NCBI GenBank assembly: GCA_963745025.1
Contig: CAVUWD010000016.1
Coordinates: 1,077,507 to 1,141,506, forward strand
DNA length: 64,000 nt
From: an uncultured delta proteobacterium
GTDB lineage: Bacteria; Desulfobacterota; Binatia; JACPRU01
Direction of reading: 5' to 3'
Shown in pieces: positions 11,176 to 20,990 of the stretch. Position numbers and translations under genes: made by a program. Under the pieces are notes generated by a model. It saw nothing but the letters and a program-made list of their open reading frames with translations. It searched no databases and was not told where the DNA came from. Numbering within the stretch: the stretch's first letter is position 1; each line of letters begins with the position of its first letter.

Positions 11176-11838
11176 ATGTGCGGCCGTATCTCACGCACCA
11201 GCCCCCGCGAGGTCATCGCCGAGGAGTTCGGCGTCTCGCGGTTCGTCAACGTCGATCTCCGCCCCCGCTACAACGTGGCCCCGAGCCAGTTGGTCGAAAC
11301 CATCATCCGCGCCGGCGACGAGAAACGCCTCGGTCCGATGCGGTGGGGATTTGTGTCCCCAACCGCAAAGGATCCGAAGCTCGCCCCGATCAACGCACGC
11401 GCCGAGACGCTCTCGACCTCACCGATGTTCCGAGACGCCTTCCGACGCCACCGTTGTCTCGTCGTCGCGAACGGGTTCTACGAGTGGCGGAAGGAGGGAC
11501 GTACCAAGACGCCGTACTTCATCCATCTGCGGTCGGGCCATCCGTTCGGGTTCGCCGGTATCTGGTCTACGAGGCGCGGGGAGGTAGGGAATCGCCTTGT
11601 CACGTGCGCCATCGTGACCTGCCCGCCGAACGAGCTCATGGCCACGATTCACAACCGGATGCCTGTGATCCTGCCTCCGGGCGCGCGTGATCGGTGGCTC
11701 GATCCGACGGCGGACGAGACTGAGCTCCGTGGGCTTCTCGTCCCCCTTCCCGCGGAGGACTTGGATGCCTACGAGGTCTCCACGCTCGTCAACTCGCCGC
11801 AAAACGATTCGCCGGAGTGCGTGCGGCCGATCGGGTAG
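11176..11838 (+). CDS. SOS response-associated peptidase (SRAP/YedK family)
   Basis: MCGR N-terminus, RYNVAPSQ, INARAET, GFYEW, IHNRMPVIL. Confidence 0.93.
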   Translation: MCGRISRTSPREVIAEEFGVSRFVNVDLRPRYNVAPSQLVETIIRAGDEKRLGPMRWGFVSPTAKDPKLAPINARAETLSTSPMFRDAFRRHRCLVVANGFYEWRKEGRTKTPYFIHLRSGHPFGFAGIWSTRRGEVGNRLVTCAIVTCPPNELMATIHNRMPVILPPGARDRWLDPTADETELRGLLVPLPAEDLDAYEVSTLVNSPQNDSPECVRPIG

Positions 11839-11982
11839 GCAATGACGGGACGGGCCGTCGCCTTCGGATTCGGGATGGGCGGGCTGAGGGGCAATGCTTC
11901 TAGCCTGCGGATCAGATTGGCCAGTTCGAGGAGCGACGGACGGTCGTTCCGATGAGGATCTTCGCCGGCCTGGGGCCTCGGC

Positions 11983-12782
11983 TCATGCGACCCTTGCCTG
12001 ATAGCCGGGACCGAGATGGATCCCGAATTCCTCGCCCCAGTCGTACGGCAAATCGATCAGCTCGCCACCGACCTCGACCGATTCGAGAGCATGCAGCGCG
12101 TCGAGCAGGATCATTCTCTGCCGCGCGGTATCGAATGGTCTGCCGAACGGATTACCCATCGGGAAGTTGACGAACACGGTTCGCGGCGCCTTGACCTGCG
12201 CGCTCAAGTCGCGGCCGGTCGAGACCACCACCGTTGCGACTCCTGCTTCCTCCACCACCCTGGCAACCAGACCCACGGTCTGGTGATCCAGCGGTCACGC
12301 GGGCACGAGCACGAACGCATCGATGCCGTCGTCGACGAGCTTGCGCGCGAGCGCCGGGGCCGCCTCGTTCACGACCGCCGTGCGAACGTAGATTCGGCCC
12401 ATGAATCCGCTGTAGTGACGAGGCGCGACTTCGCCGATCACGCCTTCGGCAGCGAGCTCGCGCAGCCGCTCGATCGGGAAGATGCAGTTGATGTCCCGAT
12501 CGGCGTCGCGGTGGTTGTAGTAGTCGTCGCTGATGGCGAAAAAACCCGGGGGAGTGTCCTTTTCGATGCTGTCGACCCGCAAATCGTTGCGCGCCTGCGG
12601 GTTGAAAGGAACCGCATCCTGCTAGAAACGCCGCCCGAGGTCAGCATCGCGACGCGGCACCGGTCGAGCGGCTTCCGCAGCCGGGTCGACGGGGCAGCTT
12701 CGTTGATCGTCTATCGGTACGCCGGAAATCCTTGACTCCGGTAGAACTCGCCCAGGGGTGGGACGTAAGCGATCGGCCTCAT
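11983..12782 (-). pseudogene. Glycine/betaine/proline reductase selenoprotein B-like protein (Sec TGA at 12,295-12,297), disrupted by TAG (12,711-12,713) and a frameshift (~12,625)
   Basis: KPLDRCRVAMLTSGGV, DADRDINCIFPIERLRELAAEGVIG, DAFVLVPA-TGA-PLDHQTVGLVARVVEEAG..PRTVFVNFPMGNPFG. Confidence 0.85.
12266..12284 (-). promoter_or_regulatory. Bacterial SECIS-like hairpin downstream of the in-frame UGA
   Basis: mRNA ACCAGACC-GUG-GGUCUGGU: perfect 8-bp stem, G-first loop 18 nt after the UGA. Confidence 0.7.
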
Positions 12783-13021
12783 GGTCGCGCTTCCCCTACT
12801 GGACCGAAAGAATTCCTCTGTCGGAGCATCTTCGCGCCGAGCAAAGCATCGCGCGATCCGTCGTGTCAACCCATGCTCGGCGACCGCGTCGGGTTCGCCC
12901 GCGACGGCCGATGCTCCTCCACGGTGCCTTGCCCGAAGGAGGCCCCCGACCTCGCGGGCCGATGTTGATCGACAAGGCGGCAGAGCAAGCCGAATTTTGC
13001 TAGCTTGATCCTATTCCGCGG

Positions 13022-13753
13022 ATGAGGATGCAAGAGGTGCGCATACGACATTCGATTCTGCTCGCTGCTGGCATCGGCGTGTCGTGGTGCGGGCTACAGG
13101 CATCGTACGGGGCGAGCACGCCGGCGGCCGAGGCGACACCTCCAGCCCAGGCGCACCACGACGCCACCGTCCGACACTCCTTCGAAGACGTGCAGCACTG
13201 GATCGCGGTATTTGATGATCCGACGCGCGACGCGTGGCAGAAGCCCGCGGAGGTGGTGCAGGCGCTCGGGATCCGCCGTGGTATGTGCGTGGCCGATCTC
13301 GGCGCCGGCACCGGCTATTTCAACCGCTATCTCTCCGCCGCCGTCGGCGAGGGCGGCACGGTATTCGCGGTCGACACGGAGCCAAACCTCATCGTGCATC
13401 TGCGCGAGCGTGCCGAGCGCGAACAGGCGCCGAATGTCGTGCCGATCCTTGCCTCCGCCGACAACCCGCGCTTGCCGGCCGGCATGGTCGATCTGGTGTT
13501 GATCGTCGATACCGTTCACCACATCGATGACCGCGTGGACTACGTGCGCCGGTTGCGGCGCGTCCTGAAGTCGGGTGGCCGCGTCGTGGTCATCGACTTC
13601 AAGAAGGACGCCGACATCCCCGTCGGCCCACCCGCCACGCACCGATTGGCGCGTGCGCAGGTCGTCGAGGAGTTCCAGAGCGCCGGCTATCAGCTCATCG
13701 CCGCGCCGGAGGTGCTGCCGTACCAATATTTCCTGATCTTTCAGCCGACGTGA
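13022..13753 (+). CDS. Exported class I SAM-dependent methyltransferase
   Basis: Signal peptide; RDAWQKP; VADLGAGTGYF motif I; LKSGGRVVVIDF. Confidence 0.88.
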   Translation: MRMQEVRIRHSILLAAGIGVSWCGLQASYGASTPAAEATPPAQAHHDATVRHSFEDVQHWIAVFDDPTRDAWQKPAEVVQALGIRRGMCVADLGAGTGYFNRYLSAAVGEGGTVFAVDTEPNLIVHLRERAEREQAPNVVPILASADNPRLPAGMVDLVLIVDTVHHIDDRVDYVRRLRRVLKSGGRVVVIDFKKDADIPVGPPATHRLARAQVVEEFQSAGYQLIAAPEVLPYQYFLIFQPT

Positions 13754-13900
13754 ACGCGCAATGCATCTCGACCGTGTCCCGCAAGTCAGTCGGTCCTGCG
13801 TCGCTAGCCAGTTTCGCTGCTCGTGCGATCCTTCAGCATCGAGTACAAGATCCGACAGAGCCACGCGCCATAGGAACCCACACGGGAGGAGGGCCTTCAG

Positions 13901-14692
13901 ATGAACTACAGCAGTTATCGCGCGCTCGACATCGAGCGCAAGGGCAAGGTGCTGGTGATCTCTTTCAACCGGGCGGACAAAGCGAACGCCATTGACGGGC
14001 CTATCCATCTGGAGCTGGCTCGCGTCTTCTCCGACATCGCGATGGACAGGGAGACGGAAGCCGTTTTGCTGACCGGAAAGGGCGGCACGTTCTCCGTCGG
14101 CGGGGATGCGGAATGGCTTAGCGCCATGACGAGCGAGCAGGTGGATGTCCTTTTCGTCGAGGCCCGCAAGATAGTCACGGACATGCTGGAGGTGCCGCAG
14201 CCCATCGTTGCGGCCGTACAGGGCATGGCCACCGGCCTTGCGGCGACGCTGGTTGTCTTCTGCGACGTGGTATTTATCGCCGAGGACGCCGAGATCGGAG
14301 ACCCGCACGTCGCCTATGCGCTCGTGGCCGGTGACGGCGGCGCGGCGGTCTGGCCGCTCCTCATCGGCCTGTCTCGGGCCAAGGAGCTGCTGATGACCGG
14401 CGACATCATCAGCGGGAAGGAAGCGGCGCGCATCGGCCTGGTGAACCACGCCGTGCCCGACGATCAGGTGCAGGCCCGCGCGCTCGAATTCGCCAATCGC
14501 CTTGCCAACGGCCACTCGGCTGCGATCCGGGGCACGAAAACCGCGATCAACAAGATCCTGCGCTTTACGACGAACCTGGTCTTCGACACCGCCCTGGCGC
14601 TGGAGAGAACGTGCTTCCAGTCGAAGGAGTTCGAAGAAGCCGCGCGCGCCATCGCCGCCCGCCGCGCGGCCGGGGGAAAACAGTGGGATTAG
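13901..14692 (+). CDS. Enoyl-CoA hydratase/isomerase (crotonase) family protein
   Basis: NRADKANAI, FSVGGD, PIVAAVQG.A.G, DPHV...VAGDGG, EAARIGLVN. Confidence 0.9.
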   Translation: MNYSSYRALDIERKGKVLVISFNRADKANAIDGPIHLELARVFSDIAMDRETEAVLLTGKGGTFSVGGDAEWLSAMTSEQVDVLFVEARKIVTDMLEVPQPIVAAVQGMATGLAATLVVFCDVVFIAEDAEIGDPHVAYALVAGDGGAAVWPLLIGLSRAKELLMTGDIISGKEAARIGLVNHAVPDDQVQARALEFANRLANGHSAAIRGTKTAINKILRFTTNLVFDTALALERTCFQSKEFEEAARAIAARRAAGGKQWD

Positions 14693-14729
14693 CGTAAGCA
14701 TCGTTCGCCCCGATCGACCTGGCCTTCCG

Positions 14730-14813
14730 CCTACTCCGACCCCGGAGCCGAGCGAGCTCAGTCTCGGACTGGCCGCGCTCGCGACGCTCGCCCGGCGGTC
14801 GTGCGCGCGGAGA
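14730..14813 (+). pseudogene. Orphan PEP-CTERM-like sorting-signal shard
   Basis: PTPTPEPSELSLGLAALATLARRSCARR: PEP, hydrophobic helix, Arg cluster; no upstream body. Confidence 0.5.
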
Positions 14814-14856
14814 TCCCAGGCCGCGACGCAAGCCCCTACACGGAAGTCGGCGTGGC

Positions 14857-15894
14857 TCAGCTGCGTGCAGGATCGCGAGGGCTTGGTTGCCGGTTCGTGC
14901 TGGCGCCTGACCCCGAAGGGGCGAATTGGGGCATTACTTCATCTACAAAGAGATCGAGGGTTTCGGGCGTGGTCGGCGCCAGAATGAAGTACGCCATCCC
15001 GGTGTCTTCGATCCGCTCGCGCAACTCGTCGCACACCTGGTCGGGCGATCCGAGCAGGGCCACTGGGGATTTTTTGGCCGTGGAGAGATCGGGAAAACCG
15101 AGCGACCTCGCGAGATGACCAAGGGCGGGGTCCTCGGGGTTTCGGGACAGGCCGAGCAGCGCCAAGCCGCTCAGCTCGATCTCCTCGGGATCGCGGCCGG
15201 CCGCCTCGGCAAAGCCTCGCAAGCGTTTGATCCGGTCCTTGAGTCGCGCGGTGTCGAATCGGAGGGTCGCCACAGGGTCGTTGGGGAAGTCTTTGCCATT
15301 TCTGGTGGGCGGGATCAGGTTCACGAGGTCCGCATAGGCGGCGGCGATCTGGAGAAGCCGGGTGCCCGAACCACCAAGCATGATCGGGGGGTGGGGTCGC
15401 TGGATGGGCCGGGGTTGGTTGTAGGCCTTTTCAATCGCGAAATAGCGACCCTTGAAGGTAGGCTCCTCCTGGGTCCACATCGCTTTCACCACCTGCAGCG
15501 CCTCAGCCAACTGCTCCAGGCGTTCCGGCGTCGATGGAAAGGGATAGCCATGGGCGTGGTACTCACCGGGGAGCCAGCCGGCCCCGACGCCCAGGATGAG
15601 ACGTCCCCCGCTCACGATGTCCAGCGTCGTTGCGATCTTCGCCAACAGCGGCGGGGGTCGGAACGATGCCGCGACCACTGCCGGCGCCAAACGGATGCGA
15701 TTCGTTCTGGCGGCAATCGCGCTCAGGATCGTGAAGCATTCGAGCTGGGGAGCCTCGGGTGAACCGAAAGGCGAGAAGAAATGGTCGTTGGGTGAGAACG
15801 AGTAAAAGCCCGCCCGGTCGGCGCGAAGCGCCGTCGCCATCACCGCCGAGAAATCGCCGCTCATCGAGAATAGGCCGAACTTGACGCGCATCAT
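14857..15894 (-). CDS. LLM-class flavin/F420-dependent oxidoreductase
   Basis: NDHF, ATTLDIVSGGRLILGVGAGW, PRPIQRPHPPIMLGG. Confidence 0.9.
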   Translation of the reverse strand: MMRVKFGLFSMSGDFSAVMATALRADRAGFYSFSPNDHFFSPFGSPEAPQLECFTILSAIAARTNRIRLAPAVVAASFRPPPLLAKIATTLDIVSGGRLILGVGAGWLPGEYHAHGYPFPSTPERLEQLAEALQVVKAMWTQEEPTFKGRYFAIEKAYNQPRPIQRPHPPIMLGGSGTRLLQIAAAYADLVNLIPPTRNGKDFPNDPVATLRFDTARLKDRIKRLRGFAEAAGRDPEEIELSGLALLGLSRNPEDPALGHLARSLGFPDLSTAKKSPVALLGSPDQVCDELRERIEDTGMAYFILAPTTPETLDLFVDEVMPQFAPSGSGASTNRQPSPRDPARS

Positions 15895-16018
15895 CGATCG
15901 CGTGCCCCTTGCGTAGCCTTACGCCAACTCGGCCGCTTGTGCCGCCTATCCGCGTCCGTAGATGGCACTAGGCTCGCTGAGGTTTCAGGTGTCAAGGAAT
16001 CTGGGGTGCCGGCAACCG

Positions 16019-16153
16019 AAGTCCGCCCACGAAGGCGAACGCAAGCAGGTGACGATGCTCTTCGCCGACGTGAAGGGCTCGATGGAGCTGGCCGAGTAGC
16101 TCGACGCCGAGGAGTGGCACAAGATCCTCGACCGCTTCTTCGAGATCTTGACC
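16019..16153 (+). pseudogene. Adenylate/guanylate cyclase shard 1 (internal TAG)
   Basis: EGERKQVTMLFADVKGSMELAE*LDAEEWHKILDRFFEILT. Confidence 0.8.
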
Positions 16154-16156
16154 GTG

Positions 16157-16343
16157 CGATCGCCGGCAGCCAGGTCGATGGTCAGACGAGCAGCCGGGTT
16201 CGTGCCGCTTGCGTCGGACGGGTGCACGCTGCGATACGCCTCGATGAACTGCTGGAGCCCGTCGATGTTGGGGTCGGTGTTCTCCTCGTAGTCGATCTCG
16301 ATGCCGACGCCCAGCTCCGTCGCCACGGCGGCGGCCTTCAGGC
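16157..16343 (-). pseudogene. Shard of a GH18/chitinase-like TIM-barrel protein
   Basis: LGVGIEIDYEE...LQQFIEAYRS...ARLTIDLAAGDR resembles the DxxDxDxE region of GH18-like proteins. Confidence 0.4.
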
Positions 16344-16373
16344 CGAGGTCGCGGCCGCCGAGGGCGATTTCGG

Positions 16374-17225
16374 TTGTGCGGCCCCACCGGCTCTGACACA
16401 GGTCGCGCCGTGCCGCTGCTGCGCTTCTTCTCTGGTTTTCGGCTACCGCTCGACGCCGTGGGACTTCTGCGGCACGAGTCCAGGGTCCGCGTCGCGGCGA
16501 TCGTCCCTCTGCTCGTCTCGGCGGCGGCGCTCGCCATCGGAGTCGCCGTCGTGGTCGCGTGGGCGGGAGAGCTGTACGCGCTCGCGACCGGCTGGCTGCC
16601 CTGGCCCGAAGCTGCGGCGTGGTACGCATGGATCTGGATCGGGCCGCTTCGGGTCCTTCTTTTCGTCATCGGGCTCGCCGCCTTCGGCGCGCTGGCGGGC
16701 GGCGTCATCGTCGTCGCGTTCCTTCTCGGCGGCGTCGTCGCTGCGCCGTTTCTCGATCGGCTGTCGCGGCGGGTCGAGGAGACGCTCACCGCTTCGGTGA
16801 TCGACACGGCGAGGCCGGGCGTCGCCGGCTTCTTCGCCGACGCGGCGCGCGTGATTCTGGAGGAGGTGAAACGGCTCGGCTTCTTCCTCGGCGTGCAGGG
16901 TCTCGTCGTGATTCCCGGCGCGCTCGTTCCGGGGGCTCAGCCGGCAGCCGCAGCGGCCATGGTGGCGCTGACGATCCTCTTTCTCGCCCTCGACTCGGCG
17001 AGCTACGCGCTCGACCGCCGGGGGCTTGGCTTCGGCGAGAAGCTGCGGTGGAGCCGCGAGCATTTTCCGGCCGTCGCGGGCTACGGCGCGGCGGCATTTC
17101 TCGTCTGCTCCATTCCCCTCGTCAACCTGATCGCGCTGCCGCTGCTCGTTGCGGCGGGAACGCTGCTCGTCGCCGAGGTGGAGCGACGCCACAACGCGGG
17201 CGATGAACGAGCGCGCAAGTCGTAG
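16374..17225 (+). CDS. EI24/CysZ-like membrane protein (start uncertain)
   Basis: VVAAPFLDRLSRRVE, LALDSASYALDRR, SIPLVNLIALPLLVAAGTLL. Confidence 0.75.
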   Translation: MCGPTGSDTGRAVPLLRFFSGFRLPLDAVGLLRHESRVRVAAIVPLLVSAAALAIGVAVVVAWAGELYALATGWLPWPEAAAWYAWIWIGPLRVLLFVIGLAAFGALAGGVIVVAFLLGGVVAAPFLDRLSRRVEETLTASVIDTARPGVAGFFADAARVILEEVKRLGFFLGVQGLVVIPGALVPGAQPAAAAAMVALTILFLALDSASYALDRRGLGFGEKLRWSREHFPAVAGYGAAAFLVCSIPLVNLIALPLLVAAGTLLVAEVERRHNAGDERARKS

Positions 17226-17398
17226 CGCCCGAAGAGAGCATGCCGACGTCTCGAACCCGTCCGATCCCGGCTCGTTGCTGAGACCGCGAGGCCGTCGGGC
17301 GGTCCCCCCAAATCAGCCTTCGTATACGCCGTCACAACCGGTGCACGCGGCTGTCGTTCGAGCCCCGCCGCCTGCGATCAGTGTGGGTTCGAACACGG

Positions 17399-17809
17399 CT
17401 ATCGGCGAGTGCCCGCGCGCGGCGTGAAGACCTCGTCCAGGCTCCACTTGACCCCGCCGCGACAGGCAATGACGAGGAAAACGAAGGAGTAGAGAGCGGC
17501 CAACTCGCCTTTGTTCAGAGCCGGGAAGAACTCGGGTCCCATCTGTAGCTTCCAGTGGAATTGGAAATACGCCACCGCCATCATCCCGCTGCAGAGAAAA
17601 GCCGCCGCGCGGGTCTGGAACCCCAGCATCACCGGCAACCCTCCCAGGAGCTCGATGATCCCGCCGAACCAAAGTTGGGACCCCACGGGCGGCTGGAACT
17701 CGGAAAGCACCCCGAGGATCTTCTGAATCCCGTGGAACGAGAACATGAATCCGGCCGCCATTCGCATCAAGGCAAAGGAGTGATCGGTCCACTTTTCGAG
17801 CCATGTCAT
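17399..17809 (-). CDS. DoxX family membrane protein
   Basis: MRMAAGFMFSFHGIQK, IELLGG, TRAAAFLCSGMMAVAYF, GELAALYSFVFL...G..WSLD. Confidence 0.9.
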   Translation of the reverse strand: MTWLEKWTDHSFALMRMAAGFMFSFHGIQKILGVLSEFQPPVGSQLWFGGIIELLGGLPVMLGFQTRAAAFLCSGMMAVAYFQFHWKLQMGPEFFPALNKGELAALYSFVFLVIACRGGVKWSLDEVFTPRAGTRR

Positions 17810-18113
17810 CAGAGCACTCTCCGGTTCGGAGATCCTCCTTCGGTCACGATGATCTCGCCGACGAGCTAGAAGGCTCGCGGGTCACAGTCAAGGCGCCTCA
17901 CGATATTGTTGATGTTCCCCACTACCGCCATCCGAGCCGACATCTGCAAGCGAACGCTCGATTGCGATACTGCCGATACCTAGGGCGTCGAAGCGCGCTG
18001 ACGTCGCCGGCAACGGCATCTCGGTCACGGCGGACCACGGCACGATCGTCCACCGAAAGCGACGGCGTCTTCGGCATGTCGAGCGGTCGGTCGCGACAGC
18101 GATTATGCTCACC

Positions 18114-18276
18114 GGTGATCGCCCTGACCGATGCGATGCTGGCGGTGGAGGAAGAAAACATGCGGCCGGTGACGTGGGTGGTCATCGAGGAGGTGCGCGG
18201 CGGTGATTGGGCCATCGGCGGCAAGCGGCTTCCGGCGCGCGACGTCAAGGCTCTCGCCGCCGGGCGCGCTGCGTAG
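18114..18276 (+). pseudogene. C-terminal shard of 4-oxalocrotonate tautomerase family protein
   Basis: LTDAMLAVEEENMRPVTWVVIEEVRGGDWAIGGKRL; N-terminal Pro region absent. Confidence 0.75.
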
Positions 18277-18551
18277 CGAGGCTGCATGCGGCGGTCGCCG
18301 AGCGCGCCGAGCGGTGTCCGCGTTGCGGTACCGCTCGGCCCTCCGCATGATAGATTTTCCTGGCCGGTCGGCGGATGTGGGTTTACCATCGAGCCGTTCG
18401 AATCGTTGAAGAAAATGACGACTTTCAAATCGAGCAGGACGATCACGCTCTACTTCGAGGCGCGCGACGCGCTGTTTCGAGAGCCGCGCGTCATGCGGAT
18501 CATCTGGAGGAGCAGGTCTTGTTACGCCGCTATCCATGAGGAGGCTTGAAC

Positions 18552-19853
18552 ATGGCAACCCAAAGTAACCCTTCTGACGCTGCGATTCGCAAACTTCTCG
18601 AGTTTCCGCTGCTGGAGGCCCTCTTCGGCCGCCGGGCGCGCCGCTTCGGGCTTGGAATGGAGGTCCCGTCCGGGCCTCTTGCCTTCAAATCCCGCTACGC
18701 GCCGATGCCGCTGTCGGAGCTCGAGCAGGCGGTGCTCATCGTCGCGGCGACGGGAGTAAGCGGTTGGCACTTCGGCATTCCCCATACCCCGAGCCGCCCG
18801 AACGAGCTCTCACACTACAGCGTGCGACTGGCGGGGCGCACCGTGCCGACCGGAGCGGGGATCGGGACCCCCGTGCTCTTCTACACCGACGACGACGGAA
18901 CCTATCTCGTGAACCTCCGCGACATTCGGCCGACCCGCCTGCGCGAGTACCAGGAGGCTGGCGACTTCGAGGGGATCCTTGCGGTCTGCCGGGACCACCG
19001 GACCAAGCTAGGGGAAAAGCGATTGGATATCCGTCGCGATCCACGGGACATCATGGAGCACAACCTTTGGGTTGCGAACCAGCCGGGTTCTACCCTGTTG
19101 ATCCCAGCGACCGATCTCAGCGAGTACTTGCTGGCGCTCCTCATGCTCCTCAGCTCCAACGGCTATTTTCTCTTCGATGACTACGCGAAGCGCCCGGCGG
19201 GGAATCTCGAGCCCTTTTTCCGCTTGGGTCTTCTCGATTCTCAGAAAGCCGTCCCGCTTTCCTTCCTGGAGCAGGCAACGCTCTCGTGGGCGTCGATGGA
19301 GCTCGGCTTCATGGCGCACAACGCGGTTCTCACAATGCAAGCGATGGGGCTCGGCGGCTGGTTCTTCACCGGGATGTACCCCTGGAGCATTCTCGGCGGA
19401 TATCGGGACGAAGGAGTGGAAGGGCTCGGCTTCCGTTTCGTGCGGGACGAGCGCTGGACGCTGCCGAACCCGGTAGGGCTCGACGGGCACTACGAAGGGC
19501 TCTGTCCGCCCTACCAGCGGGACATGCGCTCGGCTGTCGAGGCGCTCGTGACGAAGAAGTTCGGTCCCGGCGGTACCTACGATCCGGCCACGGGCGGCGC
19601 CTACAAGCGGACCGCCGAGGTGAAAGCCAGCGTCAGCCGGTACAGCCGCGAGCTCGTCGAGTCGCTCGGCGAGATGGCGCAGTACGTATACGACGCCTAT
19701 GGGAAGTTCCCCGCAACGATCCCGACGATCCTGGTTTCGGGATACGTCCAGGCGCAGCACATCGACCTCGAGTATTACGAAACCCACTTCAAACCCGGCG
19801 CAGTTTTGCCGACGCACACCGAACACATGGTTCGCTGGCACGGCGGAGCCTGA
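18552..19853 (+). CDS. Uncharacterised nitroreductase-fold-like protein
   Basis: 433 aa with GAGGAGG RBS; LLEALFGRRARRF N-terminus and ELGFMAHN..L..QAMGLGGW motif. Confidence 0.7.
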   Translation: MATQSNPSDAAIRKLLEFPLLEALFGRRARRFGLGMEVPSGPLAFKSRYAPMPLSELEQAVLIVAATGVSGWHFGIPHTPSRPNELSHYSVRLAGRTVPTGAGIGTPVLFYTDDDGTYLVNLRDIRPTRLREYQEAGDFEGILAVCRDHRTKLGEKRLDIRRDPRDIMEHNLWVANQPGSTLLIPATDLSEYLLALLMLLSSNGYFLFDDYAKRPAGNLEPFFRLGLLDSQKAVPLSFLEQATLSWASMELGFMAHNAVLTMQAMGLGGWFFTGMYPWSILGGYRDEGVEGLGFRFVRDERWTLPNPVGLDGHYEGLCPPYQRDMRSAVEALVTKKFGPGGTYDPATGGAYKRTAEVKASVSRYSRELVESLGEMAQYVYDAYGKFPATIPTILVSGYVQAQHIDLEYYETHFKPGAVLPTHTEHMVRWHGGA

Positions 19854-20172
19854 GAGAGGCTGGGCCTGGCGTTCGCGCCGCTCAACGCAGAGGATGCTCA
19901 CCAAATTTCGAAACCGATTGTCTCATTCTCATTGACAGCCTCCGGAGGCGACACCCCAGCCTCCGCTCGGTGAACGCTGAGCTCGTGGGACACTACGAGG
20001 CTTTCTGGAAAGGCCACTGACGGGCGGTCGCCCCCACCGGTCGTGGTCTTCGCTGTTTACTTCACCATACGAATGCCTTCTTTCCGAGCCGGACCGGGCA
20101 ATGACTGCGGCGTTGAGGCACACGGGTGGTCCGGTCCGGGTCGCAAAGTGGGCGTAGGACGGAGGAGCTGAG

Positions 20173-20415
20173 ATGAAAGTCGGCCTTCTTCTAATCGTGC
20201 TCATAGCCGCTCAGGGCTGCGCGACGCACGTCGTGGAGTCCGTCGTGAAGTCGGATTCGCGTTCTGTCACCGTGCATTCGCGGAGGAACGACGCCGCAAA
20301 GGCTCAGGAGCTAGCGGACGCCGAATGCGCCAGATACATGCGCTTCGCGGTGGTGGAAGGTGATCCCCACGAAGAGAACTACGTGTTCAAATGCGTCGAC
20401 CGTTTCGGGAACTGA
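20173..20415 (+). CDS. Small lipoprotein
   Basis: GGAGGAG RBS, AQGC lipobox, two further Cys. Confidence 0.6.
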   Translation: MKVGLLLIVLIAAQGCATHVVESVVKSDSRSVTVHSRRNDAAKAQELADAECARYMRFAVVEGDPHEENYVFKCVDRFGN

Positions 20416-20519
20416 CATGCAGCACGGCCGCGGGCTTCGCCCTGCTGCTCGTTTTCGCCTCCTGCGCCGGTTCGAGTCGGCGACGCCCTGGGTCGGCGCG
20501 CCGACCCCGAGGTTCGTAC

Positions 20520-20700
20520 TCAGGGAGAAGCGGTTCGCCGAGCTCCCAGCTCGCGATGAGCCTGCCGAAGGGATCGTAGCCGTCGCTCGTCACGGCGCGT
20601 CCGCCGGTTGGGAAGCTGAGACCCGCCAGCACAGAGGTGGCCGGCAACCATTGCTGCTGTTCCCAGAGCCGGACCTTCGTCGACAGCTCGAGGTCGCTGC
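20520..20700 (-). pseudogene. Shard of a putative outer-membrane beta-barrel transporter (MetA-pathway family)
   Basis: SDLELSTKVRLWEQQQWLPATSVLAGLSFPTG...SDGYDPFGRLIASWEL. Confidence 0.5.
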
Positions 20701-20990
20701 CCGCCTATACCTTCTGCCCGTATGGTGAATCTGGTAGCGCTCGGGCCGCCGGCGACGCGCCTCCCACCCCGGCGTGATCATGATGATCGCGGCGCCGACC
20801 TACCGATTCACGCGGTCGAGGTTCGGAAACGAGTCTGGCGTGAAGGTCGGAGCAGCGTCCGGTGCTACGGTAGCAGTGGCGGCCGGTGCCTGTCCCGGGC
20901 GGTGCGGAAAGCAGCCGAGCACATCCCGGTGACGGTGCAAGCGTCTCCCGGCTGCAATGGCATCCGAGCTTCGTCCGTGACGCCTGCCCG

